A stretch of 64,000 nt of DNA from Candidatus Spyradenecus sp. (GCA_045535075.1 JAZSKX010000017.1:192001-256000); one strand, 5' to 3'; shown: positions 28,349-39,531, counted from the first letter of the stretch. The notes: generated from the sequence alone by a model not told the origin. Program-made: numbers and translations.

Positions 28349-28397
28349 ATTTCTCAAACCTCTGCGACAAATTTCTCAAACCAGCCGAGCATTTACA
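28349..28397. repeat. Prophage right end with two putative transposase-binding repeats
   Basis: ATTTCTCAAACC at 28349-28360 and 28371-28382 (22-bp spacing), then ...ATTTACA. Confidence 0.75.
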
Positions 28398-29508
28398 CCG
28401 TTGAAAGTTCCTTCCCGCATTTAGAACAAATCGTTTGAAGCTTGTTTCCACAGTTCGGACAGAATTTAGATTTCGCGGGAACAGGAGCGTTACATTTCGG
28501 ACAAAACGTATTTTCTGATCGAGGCGTCTCATTTATAAAAGCACTCCCGCAGTTTGAGCAAAACTTTGTCCCTGTCGGGTTTTGTGCCCCGCACTTCGCA
28601 CAAGCAAGCGTTGATGCCGAGAAATTCATCGGATTTCCTATTTGTGTCGCACCAGCCCCCATCGCTGTTCCCAACCCGGCGCCGAGTGCGATCCCCATTC
28701 CGGCCCCCATGAGATTTGCGGACATTCCGCCCGCACCTTCATTCCCCGCCGCAACCTGTAATGTATCGAAGGAACGCATTTGCCGATAGTCGTAGCCGAC
28801 GATATCCATTTCTGCTCGCTGGGCGAGTGCATCTCGAAGTTTTATGACGGCGGGGTCTTCTTCGTCTGTCGAAATTGATGCAATGGCGAAGCGGCTCAAA
28901 CCTACACCGAATTCATCAAAAACTTCTGCCAGTTTTTGCGAAACTGCGTCAGCCAGTTCCGATTGGTGAGCAACAATATCTAGCACTGAAACGCTTTTCT
29001 GAGCGATGTATTGACCAATCAGAGTTTTCACTTCCATAACCAACATTCCTCGAAAGTGCTCGCTCAATGTTGATTTGGTAAATGCCGGAAGCGTTCCCGC
29101 AAACTTTGTCAGAAACTTTCGAGAATTTTTAATCGTCATCCCGTACTGCCCGAACGCGCGAACGGGAATCATGATTTTGTAAAGCGGATCCCGCACTTGA
29201 ATCGCAGTCGGAGTTCCCCACTTCAAATCCAATGCATAAGCTTTTTGAACAAAATAAACTTCTGCTCGGAACGGACTCTTCCCGCCTGCAAACTGTGCAT
29301 TTACAAATTTCTCAAGAAAAGGAAAATTTTCGGTATTGAGTGTGTATGTTCCTGCCGAAAACGGTCCCTCGAAGCGCCCCCCAATTTGAACGAGTGCTTC
29401 TTGGGATTCTGCAACAATAAGGCGACTTAATGTCGTAAAATCTGTTTCCGGAAAACGACATGCAATAACGTTGGGCGCAAAACGCCACGAAATAACTTCA
29501 ACAGCCAT
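28393..29508 (-). CDS. SPFH-domain protein with C-terminal zinc ribbons, 3'-truncated by the prophage
   Basis: LIVAESQEA, KWGTPTAI and PVRAFGQY motifs; CxxC pairs with the last ribbon cut after CSKCGKELST; stop codon lies in the phage end. Confidence 0.8.
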   Translation of the reverse strand: MAVEVISWRFAPNVIACRFPETDFTTLSRLIVAESQEALVQIGGRFEGPFSAGTYTLNTENFPFLEKFVNAQFAGGKSPFRAEVYFVQKAYALDLKWGTPTAIQVRDPLYKIMIPVRAFGQYGMTIKNSRKFLTKFAGTLPAFTKSTLSEHFRGMLVMEVKTLIGQYIAQKSVSVLDIVAHQSELADAVSQKLAEVFDEFGVGLSRFAIASISTDEEDPAVIKLRDALAQRAEMDIVGYDYRQMRSFDTLQVAAGNEGAGGMSANLMGAGMGIALGAGLGTAMGAGATQIGNPMNFSASTLACAKCGAQNPTGTKFCSNCGSAFINETPRSENTFCPKCNAPVPAKSKFCPNCGNKLQTICSKCGKELSTV

Positions 29509-29607
29509 ACTGGATTCTCTTGAATTGTTAATGAGATTTGTCAGTTTACCAATACACTAACTTTTTGACGGTGTCTAAAGTTCGAAAAACACCGCATAAT
29601 TGACGGT

Positions 29608-29844
29608 GTGAAACCGTTTTCCGTGTCTGAAAGATTAAAAGCATTGCGTGCTGCGTCGGGGCTGACGCAGGAAGCTTTTGCCGAGCTCGCGGGAATGGAC
29701 TACAAAACATATCAGCACATCGAAGCCGGTCGGCGACCGAGTGTCCGCCTGTGCACTATCGAAAAAATCTGTGCAGCTTACCGCATCGAGCTTTGGCAAT
29801 TTTTCTCGCCGAATATTCCCAAATTGAATTTCGGAAAAGCGTAG
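29608..29844 (+). CDS. XRE-family HTH regulator
   Basis: LKALRAASGLTQEAFAELAGMDYKTYQHIEAG. Confidence 0.85.
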   Translation: MKPFSVSERLKALRAASGLTQEAFAELAGMDYKTYQHIEAGRRPSVRLCTIEKICAAYRIELWQFFSPNIPKLNFGKA

Positions 29845-29993
29845 CTGATTACGGGAACGTCGGGAAAGTTTGCTTCTTTGGATGGTACGATTTTGCATTC
29901 GAGTTTATTCGTGTTGATTCGTGGTCTACGTTTGTGATTTCGATTAGGATTTTGCGTTTTGTTGGCGGATGTGCTTCATTCTCGGGATAATTT

Positions 29994-31352
29994 ATGGACG
30001 AAACATCCACCATAACTGCGTTTGCGACTCCGCTTGGCGAATCGGCTGTTGCCGTCATTCGTGTGAGTGGTCCGAATTCGCATAAAATTGCAAAAGAAGC
30101 TTTTGTTCCGAAAAACGGACTTAAGGCTCGTTATGCTACATTCGGCGTTTATAAATCCGTTTCCGGCAGTGCACTAGACGAGTGTTTGTATGTTATTTTT
30201 AATGACAAATCGTCTTATACGGGAGAGGATTCTTTAGAGATTTATTGTCACGGGAACCCGTTTATTGCGAAGAAAATATTTTCGGATTTGATTGTGCGCG
30301 GATGCCGGCAGGCGCTTCCGGGGGAATTTACGCGCCGTGCCTTTTTAAACGGGAAAATGGATTTAACGCAGGCGGAGGCGGTTGCGGACGTGATTTCCGC
30401 TCGTTCGGAGATTGCGCTGAATGCGGCTCAGAAGTTGCTTTCGGGAACTCTGGGGAAAAAAATTTCGGATTGGAATGAAAAGATTGTCCGCCTACTTGCG
30501 GAGATTGAATCCCAGATTGATTTTTCAGACGAAGAGGTTCCCGAGCTTAATCGCGATGATTTTAACCCAAAACTTATCGAAATTATAAATGAGTTAAAAA
30601 GCACGGAGAATACGGCGCGTTATTCGTCTGCGGTTCACGAAGGTGTTAATGTCGTTATATTCGGTCCTCCGAATGCGGGAAAGTCTTCCCTGCTCAATGT
30701 GCTTGTCGGCGAAGAGCGTGCGCTTGTCAGTGAAGAAGCGGGAACGACGCGGGATTTCATTTCGGAAAATATTAATATCGGTTCCTATCGTATCCGTATT
30801 TTGGATACAGCAGGGATACGGGAGCATGCTGCATCAAAGATTGAGGCTGCGGGCATTCAACGCTCGATTGAGTGTATGAAAAAGGCTGATTTTTATATCT
30901 TTGTTGTTGATGTTTCTGCGGGAACGCCGAAGCTTGGCGACGAGGTGAAATCTTTGATTCGCCCGGAAAATACCTTAGTTGTTTTGAATAAAAGCGATCT
31001 TGGTTTTGGATTGAATCCGGATATGTTCCTGCCGGAATTTGAAAAAATTACAGTCTCGCTTTTAAAACCGGATGCATATGACGTGCTCTCGGGCAAGATT
31101 CAAAATGTTTTGAAAGCGAAGGAGATTGTTCCTCGCGACGATGTTTTAATCGTCGGAATACGCCACGCAGAGGCGCTTTCCCGGGCGCGCGGGTATTTGG
31201 AAGAAGCACTTCGTGACTTAGGCATTGTTCCCTTGGAATTCACGGCAAATAACTTGAGAAGTTCGATGAATGAGCTTTCGGAAATCCTCGGACGATTTGA
31301 TAACGAGAAGATTTTAGACAAGGTATTTTCAGCCTTTTGTATCGGTAAATAA
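29994..31352 (+). CDS. mnmE: tRNA modification GTPase MnmE
   Basis: SYTGED, GEFTRRAFLNGK, GPPNAGKSS, GTTRD, DTAG, NKSD, terminal FCIGK. Confidence 0.97.
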   Translation: MDETSTITAFATPLGESAVAVIRVSGPNSHKIAKEAFVPKNGLKARYATFGVYKSVSGSALDECLYVIFNDKSSYTGEDSLEIYCHGNPFIAKKIFSDLIVRGCRQALPGEFTRRAFLNGKMDLTQAEAVADVISARSEIALNAAQKLLSGTLGKKISDWNEKIVRLLAEIESQIDFSDEEVPELNRDDFNPKLIEIINELKSTENTARYSSAVHEGVNVVIFGPPNAGKSSLLNVLVGEERALVSEEAGTTRDFISENINIGSYRIRILDTAGIREHAASKIEAAGIQRSIECMKKADFYIFVVDVSAGTPKLGDEVKSLIRPENTLVVLNKSDLGFGLNPDMFLPEFEKITVSLLKPDAYDVLSGKIQNVLKAKEIVPRDDVLIVGIRHAEALSRARGYLEEALRDLGIVPLEFTANNLRSSMNELSEILGRFDNEKILDKVFSAFCIGK

Positions 31353-31353
31353 T

Positions 31354-33231
31354 ATGAAAAAAGAAATTCGCATTGATAAAACGCGTCCTTACGATGTCAT
31401 TGTCGTCGGAGCCGGACATGCCGGTGTGGAAGCGGCCTTGGCGGCGGCGCGCATGGGTGCCGACACGTTACTTCTGACGGGAAATCTCGATACGATTGCT
31501 AAAATGAGCTGTAATCCCGCAATCGGAGGTCAGGCAAAAGGACATATTGTCCGGGAAATCGATGCGATGGGCGGCGAAATGGGCGTTTGTGCCGATGCGA
31601 CGGCGATTCAATTTCGTGTCTTAAATGCTTCAAAAGGCCCGGCGGTTCAGTCGCCGCGCGCGCAGTGTGATAAATTGGTTTACGCAGCCCGAATGAAGCA
31701 GACTTGTGAGCTGCAAAAGAATTTGACGCTTTTTCAGGCAATTGCATCCAAGCTTATTTTAAAAGCCGGGAAAGTGATTGGTGTGGATACTACTTTGGGA
31801 GTTCCGTTTTACGGGAAGACGGTTGTCCTGACTACGGGAACGTTCTTAAAAGGAAAGATGTTTATCGGAAAAAACGTCAACGACGGCGGGCGCCTCGGTG
31901 ATTTCAATGCAGAGACGCTTTCCGATAGTTTTCGCGATTTGGGAATGCAGGTCGAGCGTTTGAAAACGGGAACGCCGGCGCGAATTTTGGGTTCAACGAT
32001 TGATTTTTCTAAGTGCGAGGAACAAGCCGGAGATGAGAATCCTGTTTTCTTCGGTTTCTATGATACGCGTACGGAAGAAGACATGTTCCACGTGGAACAT
32101 TGCGGAGAAACTCGACTCGGTTGGACGCCGGGAACAAATCAGCGCTCGTGCTGGCTTGCGGATACGGCGCTTTCAACGCGCGATGTCGTAAATGCAAATA
32201 TTCATGAATCTCCGCTTTATTCGGGTTTGATTAGCGGAACAGGAGCGCGCTATTGTCCCAGTATTGAGGATAAATATGTAAAATTCCCCGATAAGGAGAC
32301 GCATCGGCTGTTTTTGGAACCGGAGGGGTGTTTTTCTGATGAGTGGTATATTAACGGTTTTTCTACTTCCCTGTCCTTCTCGGTTCAGTTGGAGATGATT
32401 CGCAGTGTTCCCGCGCTCAAAAATGCGGCGATTCTTCGTCCGGCTTATGCGATTGAATACGACTATGTTCCGCCGACTCAGCTATTCCCGACCTTGGAGA
32501 CGAAGGCTGTTGAAAATCTCTTTTTGGGCGGGCAAATCAACGGGACTTCCGGATATGAAGAGGCGGGTGTTCAAGGTTTGGTCGCGGGAGCGAATGCAGC
32601 GGCGCGTGTCTTGGGGTTAAATCCGCTGATTGTCGGGCGGGAACATGGCTATGCGGGTGTTTTGATTGACGATTTGGTAACCAAGGGAACGCAGGAGCCT
32701 TATCGTATGTTTACCAGTCGGGCGGAGTATCGTTTGCTCTTTAATCATGCGAGTGCGGAGTTGCGTTTGATTGATTTGGTGGCGGATATGGGGCTTTTGA
32801 GTGATTCTCGAAAGAAAAATATCCAAGAAAAACAAAAGAAAGTGCTTTATTGGACGGACGCTCTTGAAAAAGCGCTGATAAAAGGCGGTTATGCGGGAAA
32901 TGTTCTTCGGAAAGATATTTCCGCGCTTCCGTCGGATCTTCCCGGTGAATTTACCGATCTTTCCCCTGAAATTAAGGATGAGGTGTTGTATCGAGTGCGT
33001 TATGCGGGCTATCTTTCCAGAGAACTGCGAAATATTGAGCGTATGAAGGATTTGGAGCGGGTTAAAATTCCGTCGGATTTAGATTATAACGGAATCGCCG
33101 GCTTGCGAATCGAGTCGAGACAGAAACTTTCGAAGATTCGCCCCGTTGATTTGGCTCAGGCTGAGCGAATTAGCGGGGTAAGCCCGGCAGATATTTCTCT
33201 TTTGATGGTTTATTTGCGTTCCCGCGCTTGA
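31354..33231 (+). CDS. mnmG: tRNA modification enzyme MnmG (GidA)
   Basis: GAGHAG, MSCNPAIGG, RYCPSIEDK, GQINGTSGYEEA, EPYRMFTSRAEYR. Confidence 0.97.
   Translation: MKKEIRIDKTRPYDVIVVGAGHAGVEAALAAARMGADTLLLTGNLDTIAKMSCNPAIGGQAKGHIVREIDAMGGEMGVCADATAIQFRVLNASKGPAVQSPRAQCDKLVYAARMKQTCELQKNLTLFQAIASKLILKAGKVIGVDTTLGVPFYGKTVVLTTGTFLKGKMFIGKNVNDGGRLGDFNAETLSDSFRDLGMQVERLKTGTPARILGSTIDFSKCEEQAGDENPVFFGFYDTRTEEDMFHVEHCGETRLGWTPGTNQRSCWLADTALSTRDVVNANIHESPLYSGLISGTGARYCPSIEDKYVKFPDKETHRLFLEPEGCFSDEWYINGFSTSLSFSVQLEMIRSVPALKNAAILRPAYAIEYDYVPPTQLFPTLETKAVENLFLGGQINGTSGYEEAGVQGLVAGANAAARVLGLNPLIVGREHGYAGVLIDDLVTKGTQEPYRMFTSRAEYRLLFNHASAELRLIDLVADMGLLSDSRKKNIQEKQKKVLYWTDALEKALIKGGYAGNVLRKDISALPSDLPGEFTDLSPEIKDEVLYRVRYAGYLSRELRNIERMKDLERVKIPSDLDYNGIAGLRIESRQKLSKIRPVDLAQAERISGVSPADISLLMVYLRSRA
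32084..32099. other. parS site (inside mnmG)
   Basis: Perfect palindrome TGTTCCACGTGGAACA fitting the chromosomal parS family pattern. Confidence 0.85.
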
Positions 33232-33234
33232 TTT

Positions 33235-33250
33235 TGTTCCACGTGGAACA
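33235..33250. other. parS site (just after the mnmG stop)
   Basis: Second identical TGTTCCACGTGGAACA. Confidence 0.85.
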
Positions 33251-33292
33251 TTGAAATTGTCCCGCCCTGCTCTGTTCTTTTAGTATGTACGC

Positions 33293-33775
33293 ATGGAATG
33301 GAGTATTAGGTCTTTGGCAAAACGCTGTAGTGCCGGCAACGATCTCTTTGTCGACGGAGATGTTGTCGTTTGTTTTGTTGTGAAGAATTCTGACGGGAGT
33401 TTGGAGCGGTTTGATGTTTTAGAGCGCAATTTGTCTTCTTTTTCCCATTCCGGGATCGTTGTCGGGTTTTGGAGGCGGGTTTTTTCTTCGAACGCGGACA
33501 AAGCGGTTGAGTTAAAGCAGAAGTTGGCTTCTCAGGAAGATTTTTTTGTTTCTCTTTTTGAGTCTCCAGAAACGGATGACGGTGAGACGCTAAAACAGTT
33601 GTTGGCGTTATTTTTTGAGCGAAAGAGAATTTTAAAATCTGTGGGAACGGTTGACGGGAAATTTCAGCGCTTTATTCATATGAAAACGAAGCGGGAGTTT
33701 CTTGTTCCCGTGAAGGAAATTCAGCCCGAGAGTTTGTCTCGACTTGGCGCTGTCATTGATGATTTCATTATGTAA
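33293..33775 (+). CDS. Hypothetical protein
   Basis: 160-aa ORF in a co-directional gene run. Confidence 0.7.
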   Translation: MEWSIRSLAKRCSAGNDLFVDGDVVVCFVVKNSDGSLERFDVLERNLSSFSHSGIVVGFWRRVFSSNADKAVELKQKLASQEDFFVSLFESPETDDGETLKQLLALFFERKRILKSVGTVDGKFQRFIHMKTKREFLVPVKEIQPESLSRLGAVIDDFIM

Positions 33776-33781
33776 GCACCT

Positions 33782-34327
33782 ATGAAGCACTTCTTCCTTT
33801 TTATCAGTTTTTTTATTTCCCTGTTTTTCTTGGCATGCTCTAAGCCGATGCCGATGAATGCGATTGATGTCTTTTTGGAAGCTCCGACGCGATCCGGCAG
33901 TTTCGGTCTTCATCAAACTGTTACAATGCCGGTTAGCGGGATTAAGGCTCGCATTACGACGCCCCCTGTGGCGGATATTGATTCTTTTACGAATGCTCAG
34001 TTCCTTGTTCAGGAAATTCCCGAAACCGGAGAAACTAATTTGGGTATTTTGCTTCATGTGAAGGCGGATAAATGGCTTCAGATTTATCAGGCATCGGGAG
34101 AGGCTCTCGCCGAAGGGCGCGGAATCAAACGGTTTTTCCTTGTGGTAAACGGCTCTCCGATCGGATACTGCATCATTCGTCGCCAAATTCGCCGTAATGA
34201 TTTGTTTTTTATTATTGAATCCAGAAAAGAAGGTGCCGAGTTGGCGGAAAGCCTCAGGAATATCTGTTTTGACTTGAACGAGTTTATCTTGGAGCGGCGG
34301 GAATATATGAAGGAGCTTCAACGCTAA
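33782..34327 (+). CDS. Hypothetical lipoprotein
   Basis: Signal peptide with lipobox FLAC. Confidence 0.7.
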   Translation: MKHFFLFISFFISLFFLACSKPMPMNAIDVFLEAPTRSGSFGLHQTVTMPVSGIKARITTPPVADIDSFTNAQFLVQEIPETGETNLGILLHVKADKWLQIYQASGEALAEGRGIKRFFLVVNGSPIGYCIIRRQIRRNDLFFIIESRKEGAELAESLRNICFDLNEFILERREYMKELQR

Positions 34328-34328
34328 G

Positions 34329-35318
34329 ATGCGCTTTTTCTTTTTTTTAGTTTTTATTCTTGGTTGTTATTTGGAGCTGTCGGCACAGAAGATATTTTGT
34401 CCGACAGCTTTAGACGTTTTTAAAGCTGTAGAGCAGGGCGATAAAAGCTTTTTGCAGCCGGCATCGTCGGGGCGTATTGAGTCTGCGATGTTCGGCATGG
34501 TTCGGAATTCCGGGAGTCGATTTCATGAAGGCATTGATATTCGCTCCGTAAAGAAAATGGGAAACGGAACGCCGATGGATTTGGTTTATTCTGTTTATGC
34601 GGGAACGGTCGCGCATATTTCTCGGGAAAATAACGGTTCTTACGGACGTTATGTTGTCCTTCTGCATCGAAAAGACGGGTTTGAATTTTATTCGCTCTAC
34701 GGGCATTTACTTTCCGTTTCTCCATCCTTGAGGGAAGGGGATGCCGTGCGTGCGGGAACGATTTTAGGCATGCTAGGTCAAAGCTCGACAACGTATAAAA
34801 TTTCCAAAGCGTCTGCGCATCTTCATTTCGAAATCGGATTTGTTTTGGGAGGACATGGATTTGATTCATGGTTTTTGAGAAATTATGGGCCCGGAAATTT
34901 GCATGGTCATTACAACGGGTTTAATCTTGTCGGTGCAGATCCGCTCGATTTTTATGCGTTTCACGCAGACAAAAAAGATTTTTCTCCGGAGGGATGGTTG
35001 AGATCGCAACGACGTGCCTTTACCTTACGCTATCCGGTCTCGCTTATTCCGAATCTTTTGGCTCGTTCGCCGGCATTGTGTAAAAAGAAAATGCCGGTGA
35101 GAGGTTTTTGTTGGGAAGTTGATTTTTCTTGGTTCGGGCTTCCCCTTGGATTTCGTCCGGTAGAAGCGAGTTTTTCCGAAGTTACGATTTTTAATGTAGA
35201 CGAGCCGCTTTGTCGTTTGGCTGAAAAGCGGGGTGTTCTCGTTGCTGAAGGGAATGTTTTTCTACCGGGAAAAACTTTGAAAAATTATTTGGAAATTCTT
35301 TTCGGTTCTTCATTTTAG
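34329..35318 (+). CDS. M23-family metallopeptidase
   Basis: HEGID, YGHL, HLHFE. Confidence 0.9.
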   Translation: MRFFFFLVFILGCYLELSAQKIFCPTALDVFKAVEQGDKSFLQPASSGRIESAMFGMVRNSGSRFHEGIDIRSVKKMGNGTPMDLVYSVYAGTVAHISRENNGSYGRYVVLLHRKDGFEFYSLYGHLLSVSPSLREGDAVRAGTILGMLGQSSTTYKISKASAHLHFEIGFVLGGHGFDSWFLRNYGPGNLHGHYNGFNLVGADPLDFYAFHADKKDFSPEGWLRSQRRAFTLRYPVSLIPNLLARSPALCKKKMPVRGFCWEVDFSWFGLPLGFRPVEASFSEVTIFNVDEPLCRLAEKRGVLVAEGNVFLPGKTLKNYLEILFGSSF

Positions 35319-35328
35319 AAAATCTTTT

Positions 35329-35871
35329 ATGTTTCCGCCGGTTTACTTCTTATACGGATTATTCGCGCTCGCAGCGCTGGCGCTTTTGATAAATATTCGT
35401 TTCAACCTACCTAAAAAAATTTTTCTTTTTCTTGTTGTCTCGATTGTCGTGGCAACTTGTTGGGTTGCGATGAATCCTTCCCGAGAGTCTGCGGGAATGG
35501 AGAGCCGAACGGATTCCCGTAGAGTTGTTACTTCTCTCATTGCCGAAGACGTTATCTTGAGTTCGGGTTGTAATGAGTTCCCGCTTGCATACGTCGGCTT
35601 TGCGCAGTCTTGCAAAGGTGCAACGTATTCTTTGAATTTCGGAGCAGAGCAGGGCAGAGAGTCGGATGTTCTGAAATATTCTGCGGAGCTTTGTACTTCG
35701 GATAAAGAGAGTATTGCGTGTGATGGTGTTTACCGTACGGCGGAAGGCTTGAAGTATGTATTTGTGTTCCCGCCGGAATTTGATTTTAAGAAAATTGTTT
35801 TCTTGAGAATTAACTGTAAAGAAAGCGAGCCTTTAAGGGTGAAGTCTATTTCCGAAGATAGGGTTTTTTAG
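35329..35871 (+). CDS. Hypothetical membrane protein
   Basis: Two N-terminal TM segments. Confidence 0.6.
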   Translation: MFPPVYFLYGLFALAALALLINIRFNLPKKIFLFLVVSIVVATCWVAMNPSRESAGMESRTDSRRVVTSLIAEDVILSSGCNEFPLAYVGFAQSCKGATYSLNFGAEQGRESDVLKYSAELCTSDKESIACDGVYRTAEGLKYVFVFPPEFDFKKIVFLRINCKESEPLRVKSISEDRVF

Positions 35872-35876
35872 TTGTT

Positions 35877-36647
35877 ATGACATCCGTGAAAAAAGTTCGT
35901 GCGGACGAATTGCTTTTTAGCCAGGGAAAAGCAGAGTCCCGCTCTCAGGCAAAAGTTTTGATTATGGCGGGAAAGGTTCGTAGCGGAAAAGATTCCGTTA
36001 TTCAGAAGCCTGCGCAGATGCTTCCGGCAGATACAGAGCTTTGGGTAGAAAGCCCGCCACGTTTTGTTTCTCGCGGCGGGGAAAAATTGGCGGGCGCGAT
36101 TGAGAAATTTTCGATCGATGTTTCTGGGGCGTATGCGTTGGATGTTGGCGCTTCTACCGGCGGTTTTACGGATTGCTTACTTCAAAACGGAGCGGAGGCC
36201 GTTACCTGTGTCGATGTCGGGCATGGACAGCTCCACTTTAAGTTGAGGACCGATTCGCGCGTTTCAAATTTTGAAAAGGTTAATGCGCGTGCGCTGGATT
36301 CGATTGAGTTGCCGCGGGAGCATTATGATTTTGTTGTCGGAGACCTATCGTTTATCTCTCTGACAAAAATTCTTATTCCGTCGTGGAATCGAGTGGCGGA
36401 AGGTGGTGCGTTGATCATGCTTATAAAGCCGCAATTCGAAGCAACGCGAGAAGAAGTTTCTCGCGGGAACGGGATTATTCGCGATAATGCGATTCGCGAA
36501 CGTGTTGTGAAAGAAATTCTTCAGTTTTGCGAAGAAAATCTTAAAGGATTCAATCTCATCGGGCTTTGCGACTCTCCGATTTTAGGCGGCGACGGAAATA
36601 AAGAATTTCTTTTTTATGCCCGCAAACTTAGTTCGGGAGAAATTTAA
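35877..36647 (+). CDS. tlyA: TlyA-family rRNA methyltransferase
   Basis: S4-like N-terminus, [38 protein letters not shown]. Confidence 0.93.
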   Translation: MTSVKKVRADELLFSQGKAESRSQAKVLIMAGKVRSGKDSVIQKPAQMLPADTELWVESPPRFVSRGGEKLAGAIEKFSIDVSGAYALDVGASTGGFTDCLLQNGAEAVTCVDVGHGQLHFKLRTDSRVSNFEKVNARALDSIELPREHYDFVVGDLSFISLTKILIPSWNRVAEGGALIMLIKPQFEATREEVSRGNGIIRDNAIRERVVKEILQFCEENLKGFNLIGLCDSPILGGDGNKEFLFYARKLSSGEI

Positions 36648-39531
36648 AACTAATAATTTTGAAGCGACGCCCGAAGCGGCGATTTTTCCCGTTGCAGGAA
36701 TCGTAATTCGTTCCCGCACGCTGTGTGGAGTCGAATAGGTCCGGCATTCGTTGGACTTGCATTTCGAGATTGGCAACAGCCTCCGGCTGTCGTGTTAGCG
36801 GGTTGATTTTTTCCGCGCGCAAAATGATCGAAAAACTGTCCCCGCGCGGACTTGCCCGAAGTATCAGCGGTTCGAGGATGTGTTCTTGCCGGATAAAGTT
36901 CGGGAACCATGCCGGAATTTTTTCTCCTCCGATAATATTTATGTTTGCCTGTTCTATTCCCTTTTCGAGGACTCCGGAATTCGCGAAGTCCGAAATACTT
37001 AAAAAGGGCTCCTGCATTTCTATTTTCTTTTTGATTGTTTTTGCCAAATATTGGGCGAGCCGTTCAATAGAATCCGGACTTACGCTGCGTAGCCCTTGCC
37101 CAAGTAAAAATTGCTCGCGAGATCGAAGAGGCATTTTTTCTAAGTCTGCATCTCCTATTGCTTGGATTTTCCCGTCCGGCGAGAAAAATTGTGCGGAAAA
37201 CGGACGCGTGAAAAATACGTTTTTGAAGTTTTTTGCGGGAACGGTTTTGTCCCACGGCATTGATTTTTCATTGTGCCTTCCGGAGTATTGTATCCAATTA
37301 TTAAATGCATTTTTTAGAAGAGCACTCCATGCTTTTTCGTTTGTCGAGTTTATGTTGAATGAACCGCGAATCATACATTGTTCAGCAAATTCATCTTTGC
37401 CGTTTATTTCTATCGGATGCAGGGAGTGAATTTTATTTTTGTGAACAAAAAGAGGATTTTTACTTGTAATTATATTTTCATTACGTACTTCAAGGGAGAA
37501 AAAATAGCGATCGATAATTTGATTAATCTTCGTTGAAGTTATTTTCTGTGAAAATTTTCCTATTGCGTTTGGCGGGAGGTTGCGCATTTGAATAAATCGT
37601 AGTGTTCCCGCAGAAGCGTGGTTTTTATCGGGGAGGTCGTAGATTTGAATACTTGAAAACGGAATTTTTGCATCTTGTGTTTTATGTTCGTTGATGAAAC
37701 GGTCAAAGAAGTATCCGTCGTCGTTTTTCGGAACGGCGAGTTTGCGTGCTTCTTCTCCCGTGTGGACGGAGATTTCGAATGCGCTTGCGATTACGGGATC
37801 ATTAAAATCGAACATTCCGCTTCTTAGATCGCAATGCTCCAGGAGCTGCTTTATCGCATTCTCGCTTTCGCTTTTCAGTCGAATTTTGTAGACGAGATTT
37901 GCTTCTCCTATTTCATAATCGCCTGCTTTTTCGCGGTTATATTCTTTTCCTGTTATTGTGAAATCCACGTAGGGGAGCTGAATGTTTTTCAGGCGGATAA
38001 TTGCCGGGGCGTAGTCTTTCGGATGGGTTGATTGAGGAAAATTGCCATTGTAGTGACGAAGAACTATTTCTCCGGGGAGTATTGACGGCATCGAAAAAAT
38101 GTTTATCCGGTGTAAATCGTGAAACCATCTTCCGTCAATCGTGTTGTAGGGCGCTTTGGTCGGGTCGGATTTCTTTTGGAATTTCCAGGTCGGTCCGCCG
38201 CTTATGCGTGACAATCCTGCGGGTTGCCCTTTCGGATCCGGAAACCGTGCCCAATAAATTTCTCCGGCGTGTAGTCCGCTTTCTGGATATTCGGAATCTT
38301 CGCCGAACCCTTGGTCGGAATCATCAAAAATTCGGCAATAGGCATTAAGTGTTTTGTCTGAGGGTGTTTGTCTGACAAGTCCGAATCGCCCTGTCGGGAA
38401 ATCCGAAAAATCAACCGAAAATTTTCCGCCTGTATTTAGATTTTGGATAAAAAATATCGGCATCGTCGTAAAATCGATAAGTCCGAGTTGACCGTCCGCG
38501 TGTGCGAGAATCGGAAATGCGTTCGGATTCCACAGTTTCGCGGAGACATGGAAGCGGACTCGGTGTTGTCCGTCGCTGCGTGCGTTGATGAACCCGATGT
38601 GTAGATTTATCTCTGCGGGAACGGGAACGACATTGAGGTCGATCCCGAGCTTCCCGACTTTCCTTGCTTCCGAGCGCGCAATCGGGATTCCGCTATAGGG
38701 AAATTCGGGAAGGGCGCTTTTCATGTTTTTGAATAGGTATTGCGGAAATAGCTCGTCGGAATAGTTTTCGTCGGAAAGATTTTTCTTTAAACGATTTCTT
38801 TGCCAGTCCGCGATGACACCGAAACTTCGGAAGGTCATCGACGATTCGCAAATCGCTTCGGAGTTATTTTTGTCAAAAAAATATGCAGGATCGTATTGCG
38901 CGATTTGAAGTTCTTCCGTCGAGTTCTTTTGAGTGTTCCCGCGAATATTTTCATCTCCGTTTATCGTGTAATTAAAATTTAATAACTGCTGTTGTTCCTG
39001 CTTTTCTTTCGGGGATTCACTGCGTTCTTTGGCTGTGATTGTGCGTGGCGGATTCAGCGAAAACTTTTGTGATTCGTCGATGATGAAATAGGAAAATCTA
39101 AAATTGTCATTCGCGTATTCCCACGGGGCGGAAACTTGGGTCCCGTCTTGGTTTTTATGCGGGAACGTCGCGTAGTCTTGTTCCCGATGCCCGATGCGCG
39201 TGGAGCAAAGCGGCACAGGGACGTCCGGAGAGATTTTTTCGGGAAATCCCGCCGGAGGATTCGTAACATTCCACGCAAGATGCGGAAAATCACGGCCCGC
39301 GCGTGTATTCGCGCTTGTCGCAACGGAGTCAGGTCCCGCAATTTCCTGGAGGCGGGCGAGGGCGATTTTGGCGGCAGAAAGGGCAAATCGACGAGTTGCC
39401 AAATGTGTTTGCCGATCGGTTTCGATTTTTTCTTCCCGGCGCGATTGGGTCAAAATCGAAATACCGACGGAGCTCATGAGCAATAGGAGTATCAATATGG
39501 CGAAAAGTGCAAATCCGTCTTTCTTCATCAA
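36628..39531 (-). CDS. Large PilX/GspK-like membrane-anchored protein (Verrucomicrobia cassette-type)
   Basis: [14 protein letters not shown] prepilin-like N-terminus; [26 protein letters not shown], terminal RRFKIISFK. Confidence 0.6.
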   Translation of the reverse strand: MMKKDGFALFAILILLLLMSSVGISILTQSRREEKIETDRQTHLATRRFALSAAKIALARLQEIAGPDSVATSANTRAGRDFPHLAWNVTNPPAGFPEKISPDVPVPLCSTRIGHREQDYATFPHKNQDGTQVSAPWEYANDNFRFSYFIIDESQKFSLNPPRTITAKERSESPKEKQEQQQLLNFNYTINGDENIRGNTQKNSTEELQIAQYDPAYFFDKNNSEAICESSMTFRSFGVIADWQRNRLKKNLSDENYSDELFPQYLFKNMKSALPEFPYSGIPIARSEARKVGKLGIDLNVVPVPAEINLHIGFINARSDGQHRVRFHVSAKLWNPNAFPILAHADGQLGLIDFTTMPIFFIQNLNTGGKFSVDFSDFPTGRFGLVRQTPSDKTLNAYCRIFDDSDQGFGEDSEYPESGLHAGEIYWARFPDPKGQPAGLSRISGGPTWKFQKKSDPTKAPYNTIDGRWFHDLHRINIFSMPSILPGEIVLRHYNGNFPQSTHPKDYAPAIIRLKNIQLPYVDFTITGKEYNREKAGDYEIGEANLVYKIRLKSESENAIKQLLEHCDLRSGMFDFNDPVIASAFEISVHTGEEARKLAVPKNDDGYFFDRFINEHKTQDAKIPFSSIQIYDLPDKNHASAGTLRFIQMRNLPPNAIGKFSQKITSTKINQIIDRYFFSLEVRNENIITSKNPLFVHKNKIHSLHPIEINGKDEFAEQCMIRGSFNINSTNEKAWSALLKNAFNNWIQYSGRHNEKSMPWDKTVPAKNFKNVFFTRPFSAQFFSPDGKIQAIGDADLEKMPLRSREQFLLGQGLRSVSPDSIERLAQYLAKTIKKKIEMQEPFLSISDFANSGVLEKGIEQANINIIGGEKIPAWFPNFIRQEHILEPLILRASPRGDSFSIILRAEKINPLTRQPEAVANLEMQVQRMPDLFDSTQRAGTNYDSCNGKNRRFGRRFKIISFKFLPN

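Larger units (their letters stand above)
1..28397. mobile_element. Mu-like (transposable) prophage, siphovirus-type tail; left end outside the window
   Basis: Mu-type protease/scaffold, capsid, gp36-, gp27-, gp28-, gp29- (DUF935), gp30- (MuF) and gpG-like genes; tape measure but no sheath; terminal CA at 28396-28397 preceded by two 12-bp repeats; interrupts a host gene. Confidence 0.9.
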
